Below are positions 13,700 through 26,880 of a DNA stretch of 64,000 nt, piece after piece. Within the stretch, counting starts at the first letter, position 1; each line of letters opens with the position of its first letter. The notes under the pieces are model-generated. The model was given only the letters and a program-made list of their open reading frames with translations. It ran no database searches and was not told the DNA's origin. The position numbers and the translations under genes were made by a program. This DNA comes from Balanoglossus misakiensis (taxonomy: Eukaryota; Animalia; Hemichordata), in contig CM082582.2 in NCBI GenBank assembly GCA_040954595.2, forward strand, positions 13,490,327 through 13,554,326, read 5' to 3'.

Positions 13700-15049
13700 T
13701 TTAGCCGACAAAGTGCTCGGAATATGTGTGTCTCACCAGTATGTCCTACGTTCTATGGTAAAAGAGAAAAAAAATTAAATGTTGCTTCAAGCCTTCAATA
13801 CAATATTAAATTTGCGTATGAACCATCAGTTTAATAATTATACAATAATTAAGTTGAAGCTTTAAAGGGGCAGTTTTCAATCCCTGGTTCACACATCAGT
13901 TCATATTGATATTGAATGTTATATGTGGTGCATAGGCTTTGAAATTTTCCCAAGTGAATCCACATGCTTTTAGAAAAAGCTGAACATGGCATTTGTATCA
14001 TGTGATGGCTCCAAGGTGTGTATATGCAGTGGTACCCTGCACTGCACATTCTGTATACTATATGGCGGAATACCTTTTCACAACCCATTTCTTTTCCTTT
14101 TCAACAAGCAACAGTTAACCATTTTTATTTGACAATATAACAAGCACATAATAGTTTGCAAATATTGCTAATTGTTTGACAAAACTACCCAGAAGACAAA
14201 ATTTGTCTGGTCTAGATTAGTGTGAAGCACTTCAACAGCTTCATCATATTACAGAGTCAAGTATGGTTTGTCAACACAGTCAATGAACTTTTAAAAGTTC
14301 ATGATTATTAACAGATTAATTAATGAAAGCTATTACTTCCATTCCATTCATCAACAACTTTAATTTGCATAACATCTTTGATTTTTAAGAAATCACTTTA
14401 GTTTTATTTCTTTTCTTTACAAAATTTCCTAAATTAACTTAGTTTTTATCTGCCTGACTATATCTATAAGCAGACAATTGCTGCCGGCCTGGATAAGTAA
14501 ATGAGAAAATTCATGTACAACTTTATAAAACTCTCGCAACTTTGGATAGTTTTTAGTTCATGCTAGGGGGTCAAGTCACTTTGTAATTGCATTGTGGGTA
14601 AAGTGCTAAGTAAAAGTGTCGGGAAATCGGGGGTGATGTAAATTCAGTCCCTCGGGACTGTGGTCAACTGTATTTCACGTCTTACTTTTGGCAGTTAGAC
14701 TGCTGAATTCCTTCAGATTTGTCCACAGTTTGTCATTCTTTTTTGTGCTACGAGTATGACCCGACATTACTTGGACATGATCAAATTTCTTGATGAACTT
14801 TAAATTGTTAAACATCATGGTATTACCCCCCCCCCCTTTGAAGTTGTGTCGACTATGTGGGATTTTTATCACTCGCCTAGGTAGCAAAAAGTTGAGCTAC
14901 CACACAGAGAGGCACAAACCGTCGCTATGCAAGCAGGCGAAAAATATCTTTTCCCGGTTTCATTTACACTACATATGTACAAGCTGCTTCGCAACGACGT
15001 TCCACAGGTTTTCGAAATCTATCAAACAGGGCCCTTCTCAGAAAATCCT

Positions 15050-15475
15050 AAACCTGACTCGGATGCAAGCCCCTTATCAATTAAAATGTAAAAGTATGCC
15101 ATGTAATAAAATAAAATTGCAATCGAATAATGTATCTGACTGACCGAAAGTTATCCTATGGACGCAGCCATTTTTTCTTGCGCGAACCGGTATGCGCAAA
15201 AACAATGTACCTGATTTTCGAATTGCTCAAAACATGCAACTTTCCCGTCGGGCACTTGGAGTACCATAAACTAGTGATTTAAACTGAAGAAATTCATGGA
15301 ATTAACTTTATTTGTATTAAAATGATGCACTAAAATAATTTCAGTAGTTGGTACAAACCCACTACCAAAGATTTCACAGAAAATGTGCGATTTATTACAT
15401 GATACTGGTGAACTAGGTTGGGTGTCATGGGAAGGTCGCCATCAGTGACTGGGGTACTCCATCACACAAGCCAAC
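15050..15475. promoter_or_regulatory. Putative bidirectional promoter shared by GPAA1 (non-coding first exon) and CYC1
   Basis: CpG-richer stretch with a YY1-like GCAGCCATTTT at ~15164-15174. On the - strand there is a GT donor near 15053 and a polypyrimidine-AG acceptor at ~13753, just upstream of the GPAA1 ATG. The CYC1 ATG at 15476 sits in a CAACATGGCGGC context. Confidence 0.6.
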
Positions 15476-18026
15476 ATGGCGGCGTTACGGAACGGTGTCA
15501 CACAGTGTCGAACGCTTTTGCGGGTCCACTCCGTGTCAACTGCACCTAGAGTAAGTAAACTGACCGATCATCTCAGTACTTGTCAGTAAAAATCAGTGGG
15601 CTGAGTTTTGAGATTATTTTTCTTGCATTACCAACAAAACACGGTAACCGGCTTTCCTGGCCTTGGTCACGTAACCTGCTTGAACGTATGGATTTGAAAT
15701 CGGCACGTCGTACAGGTCAACATTTTTATCGGTCACGGACATTTAGGGTTGGAACTTGTCTTAGATTTATTTAGTCTGTGCTTAGGTTATTATCAAATGA
15801 CACGATTGAAGGGAACGCTTAAAACAGTTCAACAAATTTATTCTCACAAGTCAAAAATATACATGTAATCGATTTCATGGTGAGAACACTGGCACTGTGA
15901 TATACATGTAACTGTATACGTACAGAACAGTGATTGCACTTTGTGTGGATTTTATTCTACTGTAACCCCCCAATTCTGATGTGCCTTCTCATCTTCTGCT
16001 TCTTCTTTTCTTACCAGGCCAACATGTCAGTGTTTGCAAATTTATCACGCGGTAAAAAAGTGGTAAGACATCTATTTCCCCATAAAACTTTCATCCCATA
16101 ACAATCCAATCCAGGCAGATACAACAAACTTGGCTTTTGGGGCTTCATTGAAATCTCTAAGCCCATTTTGAAAGTCAAAGAATACAAAATATGAGAACTT
16201 CAAAATCCACCACCTTTTTTAATAGTATGTTGGGTTTTTTACTTTCAGGTTTTATCAGCCTTAGGTGCGCTAACTGCTGGCGGTGTAGGTCTTGTAACTG
16301 CTCTAGAAATGTCTGTCAAAGCCCAAGAAGAAATGGATCTCCACTCCCCAAAGTATTCATGGGATCACAAAGGCATGTTTTCATCTCTGGACCATAGAAG
16401 GTACTGGTGTACAACTTAATTGGTAATAAGTATCAAACATGTTTGTACTGGCATGGGATTAAATGCAGTGAGTCAAATATCCCAATGCATAATGTTTATA
16501 TCACTGAATGCTGGCAATAATTACATTCGAGTCATCCTTGAATACCATTGGGAAGGAAGCGGGTATTTTATTCTAACTTTTCTTTTTTCAGCATTCGCCG
16601 TGGTTTCCAAGTCTATAAGCAAGTCTGTGCAGCGTGCCATAGTATGGACTACTTGGCTTTCCGTAACTTGGTGGGTGTGTGCTACAATGAAGCTGAGGCT
16701 AGGTTACTAGCAGAGGATGTAAGTTGCTTATAAGATACTTAAGAACTCAGAGTGAATTAGAAGTTAGATCATAACGATGATATTGTCTATACTCATCATT
16801 CTGTCATCCCGACCATTACATTTGAATTGTATCTGTTGCCCATTGAATGTAGTCATACATGGAATTCTCATTGTGAACATTGCCAGGTGCAAGTAGAGGA
16901 TGGTCCTAATGAAGAAGGTGAAATGTTCCAAAGACCTGGAAAATTATCAGACTATTTTCCAAAGCCGTATCCAAATGAGGAAGCTGCCAGAGCTGCAAAC
17001 AATGGTAAGTGCAGACATGTTGTTGTCACATTCCGGTAAACAGGGGCATCAATCCGTAGGGCATTCAAAATGATATCTTGCCAAAGACTAAGACGTCTGG
17101 TTGAATAATGCTACATCACCAAATAATGAGACACCATTGCAAATCCATAACTGTACTGTTTCATTAACAGGTGCACTACCCCCAGATCTGAGTTATATCA
17201 CTGCAGCCCGTCATGGAGGTGAGGATTACATCTTCTCGCTACTGACAGGCTACTGTGACCCACCAGCTGGCATTGAGATGCGTGAAGGTCTTTATTACAA
17301 CCCCTACTTCCCTGGTGGCGCTATCGGAATGGCACAGCAGTTGTATGATGGTGCCGTGGAATATGACGATGGTAAGTCTAGTCATCTGTTGAACTTAGCA
17401 GAGTTTGAACATTGCCATGGCAATCTCTGCATGACCTCCTATTTACAGAACGACTTTTTCTCTCTGTTCTCCAGTTCTATGTGTAGAGGTAACCCTACTA
17501 CCTACCATGCTTTTTACAAGAAACTCTTGTCTAAATAAAGTCTAATCTTTCCTTTTCAGGTACACACTCGTCAATGAGTCAGATGGCTAAGGATGTGTGT
17601 GTTTTCCTCAGATGGGCAGCTGAACCAGAACATGACCAACGCAAGCGTATGGGTCTCAAAGTAAGTCCACTCACTTATGCCTACATGATCTTTACACTGG
17701 ATTTGATCTAGGTGTTAGAGTAAAAAAAACATTCTCTCCTATTCAGAGTCACTTTGATGACACAACATGAAAGAAACAAACACACCAGGGATTTTCACAA
17801 AATTAGATTTCAGATTTCTCTGGGGTTACCATGGTGTTGAGAGCCATTTTGAATTTCATATTGTGTGATTGATGAGTTTTAGATAAACCTTACCAATAAT
17901 TTTTTTCTCCTTTTTTCTCAACAGGCCATAATGATCTTTTCGCTCTTAATAGGCTTCAGTTACTACCTGAAGAGACACAAGTGGACAGTTCTCAAGAGTC
18001 GCAAATTAGCATATCGTCCACAATAA
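15476..18026 (+). CDS. CYC1: Cytochrome c1, mitochondrial complex III (8 exons)
   Basis: Exons 15476-15550, 16018-16062, 16249-16400, 16592-16718 ([19 protein letters not shown], CxxCH heme motif), 16888-17004, 17171-17371 ([28 protein letters not shown]), 17560-17660 ([16 protein letters not shown]), 17924-18026 ([18 protein letters not shown]). It has an Arg-rich presequence, and AATAAA at ~18400. Confidence 0.98.
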
Positions 18027-19313
18027 CATCAGCTGTAAAGTTGTACGCCATGAATTCTTGACTTTTTAAAAGTGTGTGTAGCCCTTTTGTTTTATATTCT
18101 GTTCTGAGATGGTTTCTATCAAGATGGACCCCTGTTATAAAAAAAACCCTGAGAGGTAAACCAGACTGGGGAATGATTATTGGTTTAGAGTAATTTGCTA
18201 AGTTGTGTGCAGTCCTGAAAAGTTAACTATTTAAATGTGTTCTGTCACAGGGAGTTCCTCCAGGTACATCAGAATGTTGGGGGAAAAAGTTGTTTGTTCA
18301 TATTCCACTGGCCAAAAATATACCACATGAAATATTGAGTCATTATGAGCAATCTATTGTATTATAATTAAAAAAAGTTCCATGTTCCAACAAAACAAAA
18401 ATAAATATTATGCCTTCATACTTAACTTTTGCAGTATTGTGTCTTTATTTGTCCCCTTGGCCACAGCGAGTCTTGTGCTTTATGTTACGACACGCTCATC
18501 CTAGCAGTCAATCCCAACGACTCCAGTTCATGAGAAAGGTGCTGCGACTGAATGTCAAAGAAGAACAATTTGAATATTCTGAGCTGGTAATTTAGTCCAG
18601 AAGTGACGTCATACACACTAAGATACAGTCTCCAATGACAGTGAAAAAAAACATACTGCAAAACTTGCCAAGTTCATGATACAGCAACTGTATTGTTTAT
18701 TTCCATAATATACAGTATAAGCTCAATTACCTAAAGTAAAACTTAAACTGATCATGTTTATACAATGAAAAACGGTTAGCCAATAGCGTCATCTGCAAGT
18801 CATTGAAAAGAGAACAGAAAATCCACAAGGGCATATAAAAGAAAAACAAGACAAAAAGACTTCAAAAAGTATAATTCACATTTTGGAGGACAATCGACCA
18901 TGAATATGAAAACGCAATACAAATCGTTTTGACTAGGCTTTAGTTAACATTTCAGGGTATATGACTGTGCTATTAACATATTAAACACCCTTGTGGTATA
19001 TTCACTCGATAGAGACAAATGTTGCTGAAATTTAGTTTATTCTGACATACAGTAAATGAAATCCCAATGGACTTGGGGTAACTCTGTCGTGCTGCCAAAA
19101 CATGAAGAAAAATCTCACACTCCTTGCATGCACGCTCACATAATTGAATGTTGTATATGTCGCGAGCGCTGATTGGATGACATCGAAATGTTGTCCAATG
19201 GCGCTATGTGTATTACACGGACAGAAACTACATGCCAGACGACAGTTCGATTATTCAATGTTTCTAATACGAATTTGGCTAATTTGTGGCCGTTTGAGAA
19301 ATATAATCTCACA

Positions 19314-19428
19314 CCAAGGATCTGGGATCATATTTCTCACACTCGTCTGGGATTTTTTGTCCCACACTCGGCTCGTGTGGGACAAAAAATCCCCAACTCG
19401 CGTGAGAAATATTGTCCCAGGTCCTTGG
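19314..19428. mobile_element. Palindromic non-autonomous element (MITE-like hairpin core)
   Basis: Imperfect inverted repeat of ~50 bp arms: ccaaggatctgggatcatatttctcac...gggattttttgtcccacac / gtgtgggacaaaaaatccc...gtgagaaatattgtcccaggtccttgg, with a short tcggctc loop. It is intergenic between the convergent CYC1 and opsin 3' ends. Confidence 0.65.
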
Positions 19429-20171
19429 GAGTGCGTGAGTTTATTACATGTAGTCTTGCCTTGAGATAATTTACCTTGACAATGTAACAAGATGTATTTC
19501 CCCGCTGTTCCATAGCTGCAAAACGTAACCGCGCTGCATGTTTGTAGAGTAAATTAAGGTACCTCCTTATCTATTCCAAAGCTTTACTTCGCTTTTGTCA
19601 AACAGCGAATAGTCCGCATGAAAATCTCCCAGTGGAACGCAAAGAAGAAACTGAAGCCCACTTACAAGCACGTGCCGTGACGTGGCCAATTAATGATGTC
19701 ATGAAAGATGCGCAGCGGTCAGCCGTTATTATCCAATCAAAACGGGGTACTAAATTGTTAGGCTATGACTAGCCAATCAGAAAAATAGACTGCTTATCTC
19801 AACAACACGAATTCGCCAATCAGAAAAAAGGTTTCCTATAGGCCTACATACATCTGCTGTGTTCAATCTGATTATATGCATTCGGCCTATACATTAATCG
19901 CCGTTCTACTGCATGATTGAAGGTCAAAATTTTACTGACAGAAATAGTTAATACAATGTAATTATACCTGACGTCGGAAATATAACGTTCGATTAAATAA
20001 CTACAAAAGAAACTAATCTTACGAAATTTGACACTACATGCACATTGAGATGTTGCATGTGTAATAGAAAAAAAAGAATAAATGGAGCAGGGGTTTAAAA
20101 GATTGAGCTTTAGGCTTATACTAATTTAATCAGATATGGATTTTGCTGAAAATCAAGGATTTCAAACCAAA

Positions 20172-23090
20172 TTAAACTGCGGACGATACTTGGTCTGACT
20201 GTTCAGCTTGTTTAGACTGTTGCGGCGAATTTTCATTATCTTCTTTATTGTGTATTTCGACAGCAGTAATATTCAGATTGTGAGACAGTGATGTTGATGG
20301 TGATATTGATGATTGCCCTTGTTCTGCTTCATATTCCAGCATCTTTTTGGTTTTCTTAATCTGGCGTTTGTCATTGGCGGATGGGGTATCTGAAACCGTA
20401 CGGTGTATTTCTCTGAGTTCAAATGACTGCAACTGCTGTCCAGATTCCGACTCACTTTCCATTCCATTAATTGTTGCCAACATCTCCGGCTCTGGTGATG
20501 CATGTTCAAACTTTTCCAATTCGTCATATTCCGGATGCTTGCAAGGTTTGATTTCTCCGATGTATACTCCATCATTGTTGTACAAAAGGCGCGAAGAGTG
20601 ACCTGCACATGTTACACTTTGATCGTCTGTCGCCCTTCGCACGTAATACTGCCTCGGTTGTGGTGTATTCGGTTTAGATGTGTGAACGCACGGACAGAAC
20701 AGTTTCATGAATGCTTTCCTGTAATCACTGTTGCTCAAGAAGTAAATAATGGGATTCATCATACATGATGATTTGGCAAACATAGTTGGGATGATAAACA
20801 GGATTCGTGGCAAGTCATACGTGTAAACGGATACCACACTTACGACAGCGTATGGGGTCCACGCAATGCCAAAACTAGCAACCATGGCCAAACACATCTG
20901 AAACGATAATAAGAAACGGCTTGGATGAAGATTTGCCATTGTGTAATACCGTGCGCATCCCGGCACTGTTAACACTTAAAGAAAAACATATCGCCAGTTG
21001 CAGTCAAGGAAATCTTTCATATAATAAAATTAGGATAAACGAAATCTTATTAATTTCATCAAACCTTCCACAAACTCTAAACAGCTAGAGTTAGAAGTGT
21101 AAAATACACAAGTATCGTTCAATCAGAGACCCTGGAGGTTCAGTCGGCATTGTTGGATCACGACTCGATGTCTTGGGGCGTTGATGACGTCAATTTATTC
21201 AATATAAGTGTTATCGGGCGAGGAAACAAATATGTCACGCAAGCATGCATTAGTACAAACATACAATTAAGAAAAAACATTACCATAACATTTCAGAAAG
21301 AGTTTTCTCTCAACTACAGTACACAAAAACGTATAATTGAGAAATTCTTACCACTGAAACTTTTTGTTGCGATTTGGTCACAGGGATGATGCGTTCAACT
21401 TGACGACCTGGTGGTTGTTTGTAAGGGTTGACCTGTTTGCTTCTTTTCATGACGTTAATGTAGCACCAAGTCATGACAATGTAGTGAATTCCAAAACAGA
21501 AAATTATTGTGCCCCAGATGTAAGTGACGTCAGCCAGCGTTCGGCCATACCAGTTCATACTGCATGATGTGCCAAATGGTTCGAATGTATAGCTGCACCA
21601 ACCAAAGAATGGCGGCGTGGTCCACAGCAGACCGTAAACCCAAAGTCCAAGAATTGCAAATGCTGTTCTTCTTCTGGTCAATTTGTGTTCTGTCAATGAA
21701 ATATACAATTCTCACTCAACCGTAAGGATTACATCGGTAATCTATATCAATCTTACAAGCACGTATTATTACATACATACTATACGTACATACGTACGCG
21801 CACGCACGCACGCACACACACACACACACACACATACATAAATACATACATACATACATACATACATACATACATACATACATACATAGTTACATACATA
21901 CATACATACATATCTATACTTACTATATGATGGGAGGCATACCATGATATACCGATAAACGCTGATGACAACTAAACTAGAGATGGTACTCATCGAGAGT
22001 GTGAAACAGGAAAAAGCATAAAGCTGACAACCAATATTGCCAAACAACCATTTCTGTGCATAGCTTGATATTGTCGTCTCCGGGTACCCGAAGATAGAAA
22101 TTCCAAGATCGCTGATTGCCACATTGATCAGAAGTAAGTCGATGCCTTGTCTTCGAAATATCTTGCCTTTGATGAAAACTACCAAAGCGGCGAAATTGCA
22201 AGATGTAGCAACCAGGCCTGAAATACAATCAATTTTGGCAAGATGACGCTAAATAGTTCAAAATACATCCATAAAATACTACTTATAGAAAATCGCCTTA
22301 CGTAAACTTTTTTCTTCCATTAGTCCGCCAGCTAGGCTGATATAATTCGTTGCAACCGGCAAAAAAAGATACGGGTTTGAGTGAGACAAGCCTTGAATTG
22401 TATAACAAGCCCCCGGTTGGACATCGTCCGTTCGCTGACAAGACAAGACAAGAGCGAGACCTTGGTGGGCGAAAATGCTGGTTGCGCGTTCAGAACAGTT
22501 TCATTAAAAACACAGTACGGGTGTAATCTCTTATCAAGGACTACAAAAAGATACGAGTGACCAATCTCAAACCGATGTAGATGAATTGGCGGCGGGGGTC
22601 TCATCAAACCCGTCGATTGATGACTAGACGTATGCAATGTGGCCAGAGAGAGTAACATACGCAAATTCGGACGCGAAATCCAGGTGATAGTGATATAAAT
22701 GCGCGAGATTTCATCACAGACCTTCAAGTAAAGTGGAATTGGTTGCAACTGTTGGCTAGTATTTTTGTAGCTATTTGTTCAGAATATCAAAGACAGTTTC
22801 TTGTTCTATTCACGATGGCAAGTTATTGCCCGTTCTCCGCACTGAGCAATTCGCCCCCTCTCAGTTGAACTACAGGGTAAAACATTACTGGAACGATGTA
22901 ACAAACTGAATCTCTTCATTAACCAGTGTACTGCAGCTACACCTCGTGGTCAACTGTTTTTCCCGACAACTTATATATGTACGATAGTAAAGAAAGTTAT
23001 AAACATATTGTACGTACCAACTAGTGTCAAGTAAATCGCCATGCCATAATATTCCCCCTCGGAAAGCGTTATCTTGGGTTGGGTTTCCAT
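20172..23090 (-). CDS. Opsin, tetraopsin group (Go-opsin/peropsin-like), 476 aa, 4 exons
   Basis: Exons 23090-23018, 22217-21924, 21689-21352, 20897-20172 splice in frame (1431 nt). 7TM GPCR motifs: NVAISD (TM2), GCQLY (Y113 equivalent), YRY (DRY position), GWCSYTFEPFGTSC (E181), AWTPYA, MFAKSSCMMNPIIY with the retinal-binding Lys at 20772-20774. Long Ser/Glu-rich C-terminal tail. Opsin identity is secure; the subclass is not. Confidence 0.92.
21770..21912. repeat. Compound microsatellite (CGCA)n/(CA)n/(TACA)n in opsin intron 2
   Basis: Directly visible: cgcacgcacgca, cacacacaca, then a long catacataca run, starting ~12 nt from the exon-2 donor. Confidence 0.97.
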
Positions 23091-23817
23091 CACCGCTCCA
23101 GAGAAATGTTCTCCGCTGCTCTATTCACCGTAGCACACAGATGGCACTGATGTTGATGTGCACGTGAAGTGAAAGTAAAGATGAAATGGAGATGCAACAG
23201 GTTGGCGTGTGGTCAACGTCAAAACCGTTTACACGATTATTTTTTCTGCTCCGCCTTTTTCAATTAACTTGGCCTTCTCCCGTGCGCAAGAAGTCAATTC
23301 TCTGATTGCAAAACACAAGGTTTCGTCGAGGGTGGTATGACGCATTGCTTACGGTTGCCATGGTGCCGACAGGAAACTGACGCCCAACAAGTCACGCCTT
23401 TATGCAGACACACCTTAGACACAATCCTAATGAAAAGCACGGTCACTGAGTGGAGTGACCATGTCAAAGGGACTCCAATGTCTCTACAGGCGCTGGTTAC
23501 CTGGGTGTGGTTATGCAAGGGCCACATCTACTTTGTCAGTCTTTTTCTATGTAACAACCCAGGTGTCAAATGACTTTTTACAATCACGAGATCCACTCAT
23601 TTGCTTTTAAATCAAATTCCTGAGGCAGCATGTCTCATCCCCAAACCATGTCTCATTTTTACATGACATTTAGGATTATAATTACATATTTTAATTTTGA
23701 GGAATACATCTATCATGGGTAAACTTTGAACACTGATGTCAGTTTTACTAATGAGAGAAAATTGTATGCAGTGTATGCAACTTGATGAAGTTGGTGAAGT
23801 TCTTGAAATGCTGCTAT

Positions 23818-26434
23818 TTACTGGCATGGCATGACAAGTTTTTCTTGTTCTTGGGGCAGCATGTACCCCAAACCATGTCTCATCCCCTCCATGATGGTAG
23901 AAATCATCACACTCTCTTCATGGCTTATTTTGTCACTCTGCAGTTTGCCTGTGTATTTTGAGAAAAGAAAAATGATCTTTATAAAGTTACCTGTGACTTG
24001 AACTCTTACTCTGGTCACCAGAAGTTATAGATGACGTTCACTCACCGAAAATATACTCCGCTTTCTAAGTCACCCAGGAAACCAAAATGTGTGCCTACCT
24101 TCCAATAGACATTTCCTGGCAGTCACTGCTTGATATCCAAGACCTTCACTGTGGATGTATCTGGTTTTCATATCTCCTTTGGGTAATGGACATTCAACAA
24201 CTTCAACACCATTGCTATCTTTGACAGTCATCTTTGTGGGACACCAGAATGGCGATGAAATCTGAGGTGATACAATACAAGAGATGAATGGGCACCACCT
24301 CACCAGACAAAAGCTGTACGTTGAGGGCGCTAATCACATCACCACATGGCTGGTGATGATCTTTAGAATAATTCTTAACCATACAGAAAATAACACAACC
24401 CTCTACTCAAGGCCATGAAGGAGAGTCATCCTAAAAACAATGGGTACCTATCAACAGAAATTACCGTTATCATTCCCTTGGTACCATAGATATTAGCCTC
24501 GTTGCTAAGGCCAATCCTGCCAGAAATCACCAGAACGGCAGTTCTGTTGTCGCTGTACTGCAATATTGCTGTAGCAGCTTCATCCACTCCTGATCAATAC
24601 AACAACATAAAAAGCCAATAAAGGTGAATTAGTGTTTTCTTCAGTCACTGGAAAGAGAGCTTCTCTTTTGGCACCTGTGAAAAACTCAAGAAAATGACAA
24701 ATCTACAATAAAACCACTACAAAACAAAGCATTATCAGTGATATACTGAAGGAGTAGTATAATGTTTGTGTTAATCATCTTGGTAAAGATAAAGTACCTG
24801 TTTCTGAAAGACTTCCTTTAACTGTGATTTTTGGTTTTTCTGGACCATACAGCATTACAGGAACTTGAATAGTGTAGAGTCCTATATCCAAGATGGCACC
24901 ACCTCCCAACTCTGAAAATAAGAATGTTTTATATCAGACCTGTTTATTGGGTTTCATCACAACAAATGTGATATCACTGTGGACAGCATGGCATATATGA
25001 AAATGTCTGCCAAGAAGTTGTATTGCACCAAATGTCAAAGTTGGGCATGTAATTGATATTTGCACCAGCGATTTCAGAGAATAAGAATTAGTGCTGGCAG
25101 ATGTCGGACACCAGATGCTGACGGACCATCACCTTATCTAAAAAGCTCTGCATCTCTGTCAGCGGAACTGAAAGTGGATTTTTGTGAGATTATGCAATAC
25201 ATTACCCTTCTTTGCAATCCTTTCAATATCAATCAGACGATTAATACCAAAATGGGCTGCAATCATTTCCACATTACCAATTCTTCCGGATGAGATAATG
25301 CTGCGAATCTGCTCATAAATTGGAAAGTGACGACTCCAGATAGCCTAAAAACCGACAATAAACATCAAATTTGGTTCAGTCATGACAGCATGCAATATGG
25401 CTGCCTGCACTAAGAAAGATACACTTCTGAGAGCCACACAAGAGCATTGGATCTGCTGCTACATTTCAATGTTGCCTCACCTCCATGAAGAAGAGATTTT
25501 TCTTTTTGGCCAGTTCTAGAACTTCCTTCGTTTCTTTTACAGTCAATCCCATAGGCTTCTCACAAAGGACTGGCTTCCCAGCATTCAACATAAGTTTACT
25601 CAGCCTGGCATGGTGAGTGTGGATGCTACCAATGTACACAATGTCTGGGGGAAAAAATCATTTATTTATTCTGATAAACATTTAAAAATTATCAAATATG
25701 TATGAAACCTAAATTATCATACTTAGAAGAGTAAAAGTCATATATGTGTCCAGGAGGATGGTTTATAGCCAAAGGAATTTGTTTTCACCAATACAACCCA
25801 TACTTTTAATGTTCAACCAAAAATAGTGAATGATTTATTTGAAAATGTATCAATTTATAAACCATTCATTTCAGTTTGCGAAAATAGCCTACCGTAGTTT
25901 TTTATTGTCGACGCATACCCAGTATTTTTTCTGATGAACATTTAAAAATTGTCAAATATGTATGAAACCTTTAAAATATTGAGATGCCATTTGTGGAGTA
26001 TTGTGGCACACTTGTAATCTGCTTGCAAAAGACTTGTCAGTGGATTTAAAGGAGCAATATTCAACATTGCCTGAGATACACTATGATGACCATGGCAACC
26101 CTCCCCGACCACGCCCACACCGTCTTGGCCGGGCTGCATGTGAGGGTCATGCAACTCCAGCTACATTTTGTAGTGACCATATAAAATTAAACGATTCGCA
26201 GCATGTTAACAGCTTACCAATGTTTTCGTCTTTAGAAAGTTCCTCGTAAGACCCGTAAGCTTTGACAATAGAGTGTTTTTCCGCAAACTGTTTGGCGTCG
26301 TCGAGCGATCTGGCAGCTACTGCTTGAATGCAATGCTCTGTCGAGTCCAGTGTCCGAAGAGCGATGCAGAAGTCCCAGGAGATTTTGCCCGCGCTCACTA
26401 TACCCCACCGTGTTGGCGAACCCATTGACATCAT
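23818..26434 (-). CDS. DHDH: Trans-1,2-dihydrobenzene-1,2-diol dehydrogenase (Gfo/Idh/MocA family), copy 1, 7 exons
   Basis: Approximate exons 26434-26218 ([22 protein letters not shown]), 25644-25481 ([24 protein letters not shown]), 25344-25206 (AIWSRHFP), 24911-24798 ([13 protein letters not shown]), 24589-24465, 24261-24099 (SPFWCPT), 23947-23818 ([13 protein letters not shown]). Confidence 0.93.
25000..25155 (+). mobile_element. Remnant of a non-autonomous Helentron/DINE-like element in DHDH1 intron 3
   Basis: gatgtcggacaccagatgctgacggac...aaaagctctgcatctctgtcagcggaactgaaa resembles the GGAC-rich microsatellite plus AAGCTC..GAGCTAAAA stem-loop 3' end of such elements. The match is by eye only. 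Confidence 0.35.
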
Positions 26435-26880
26435 GCACAGAACTTTGTAGGTATTCTAATCACAAATTCGACCAGTATCGGGTTTGCCTCTAACTTCGCT
26501 CACGCTTCCGTGTCTTCAACTGGGACGCCACATCGATCAGGGGGCGTGGTCAATGGACAAGGGTGCTGTCCTAATGAATACGGCGCCCTCTAGAGTCGTA
26601 TCAGCCCCTACTCCTAGCTGGGACCTGTATATGACCAAAAGTGGACGAAATACTCTTAATTAAAAATCACTCAGACACCAGCCAACTGACATGAGAGTTT
26701 AATTTTATTACGAATCAATTATTGAAAATATCTTGCAGGATTAAAAACTACCATTGGGCTTATTATGTATAACTTGTACATGGATGTATTAAAATACCAG
26801 ATACTAGATCACGGATATTGGCTTATGGTAACTGAATGATATTGACTAGCCAGTTGTATAGTCTTCTGTTGCCATGGCAT

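Noticed and set aside
19144-19490. Three overlapping 79-106 aa ORFs
   Set aside because: They span the palindrome and give mirror-image peptides on both strands, so they are by-products of the repeat.
21769-21971. MYVC-repeat peptide extensions in the ORF track
   Set aside because: These are translations of the intronic (TACA)n microsatellite past the opsin exon-2 donor at 21924.
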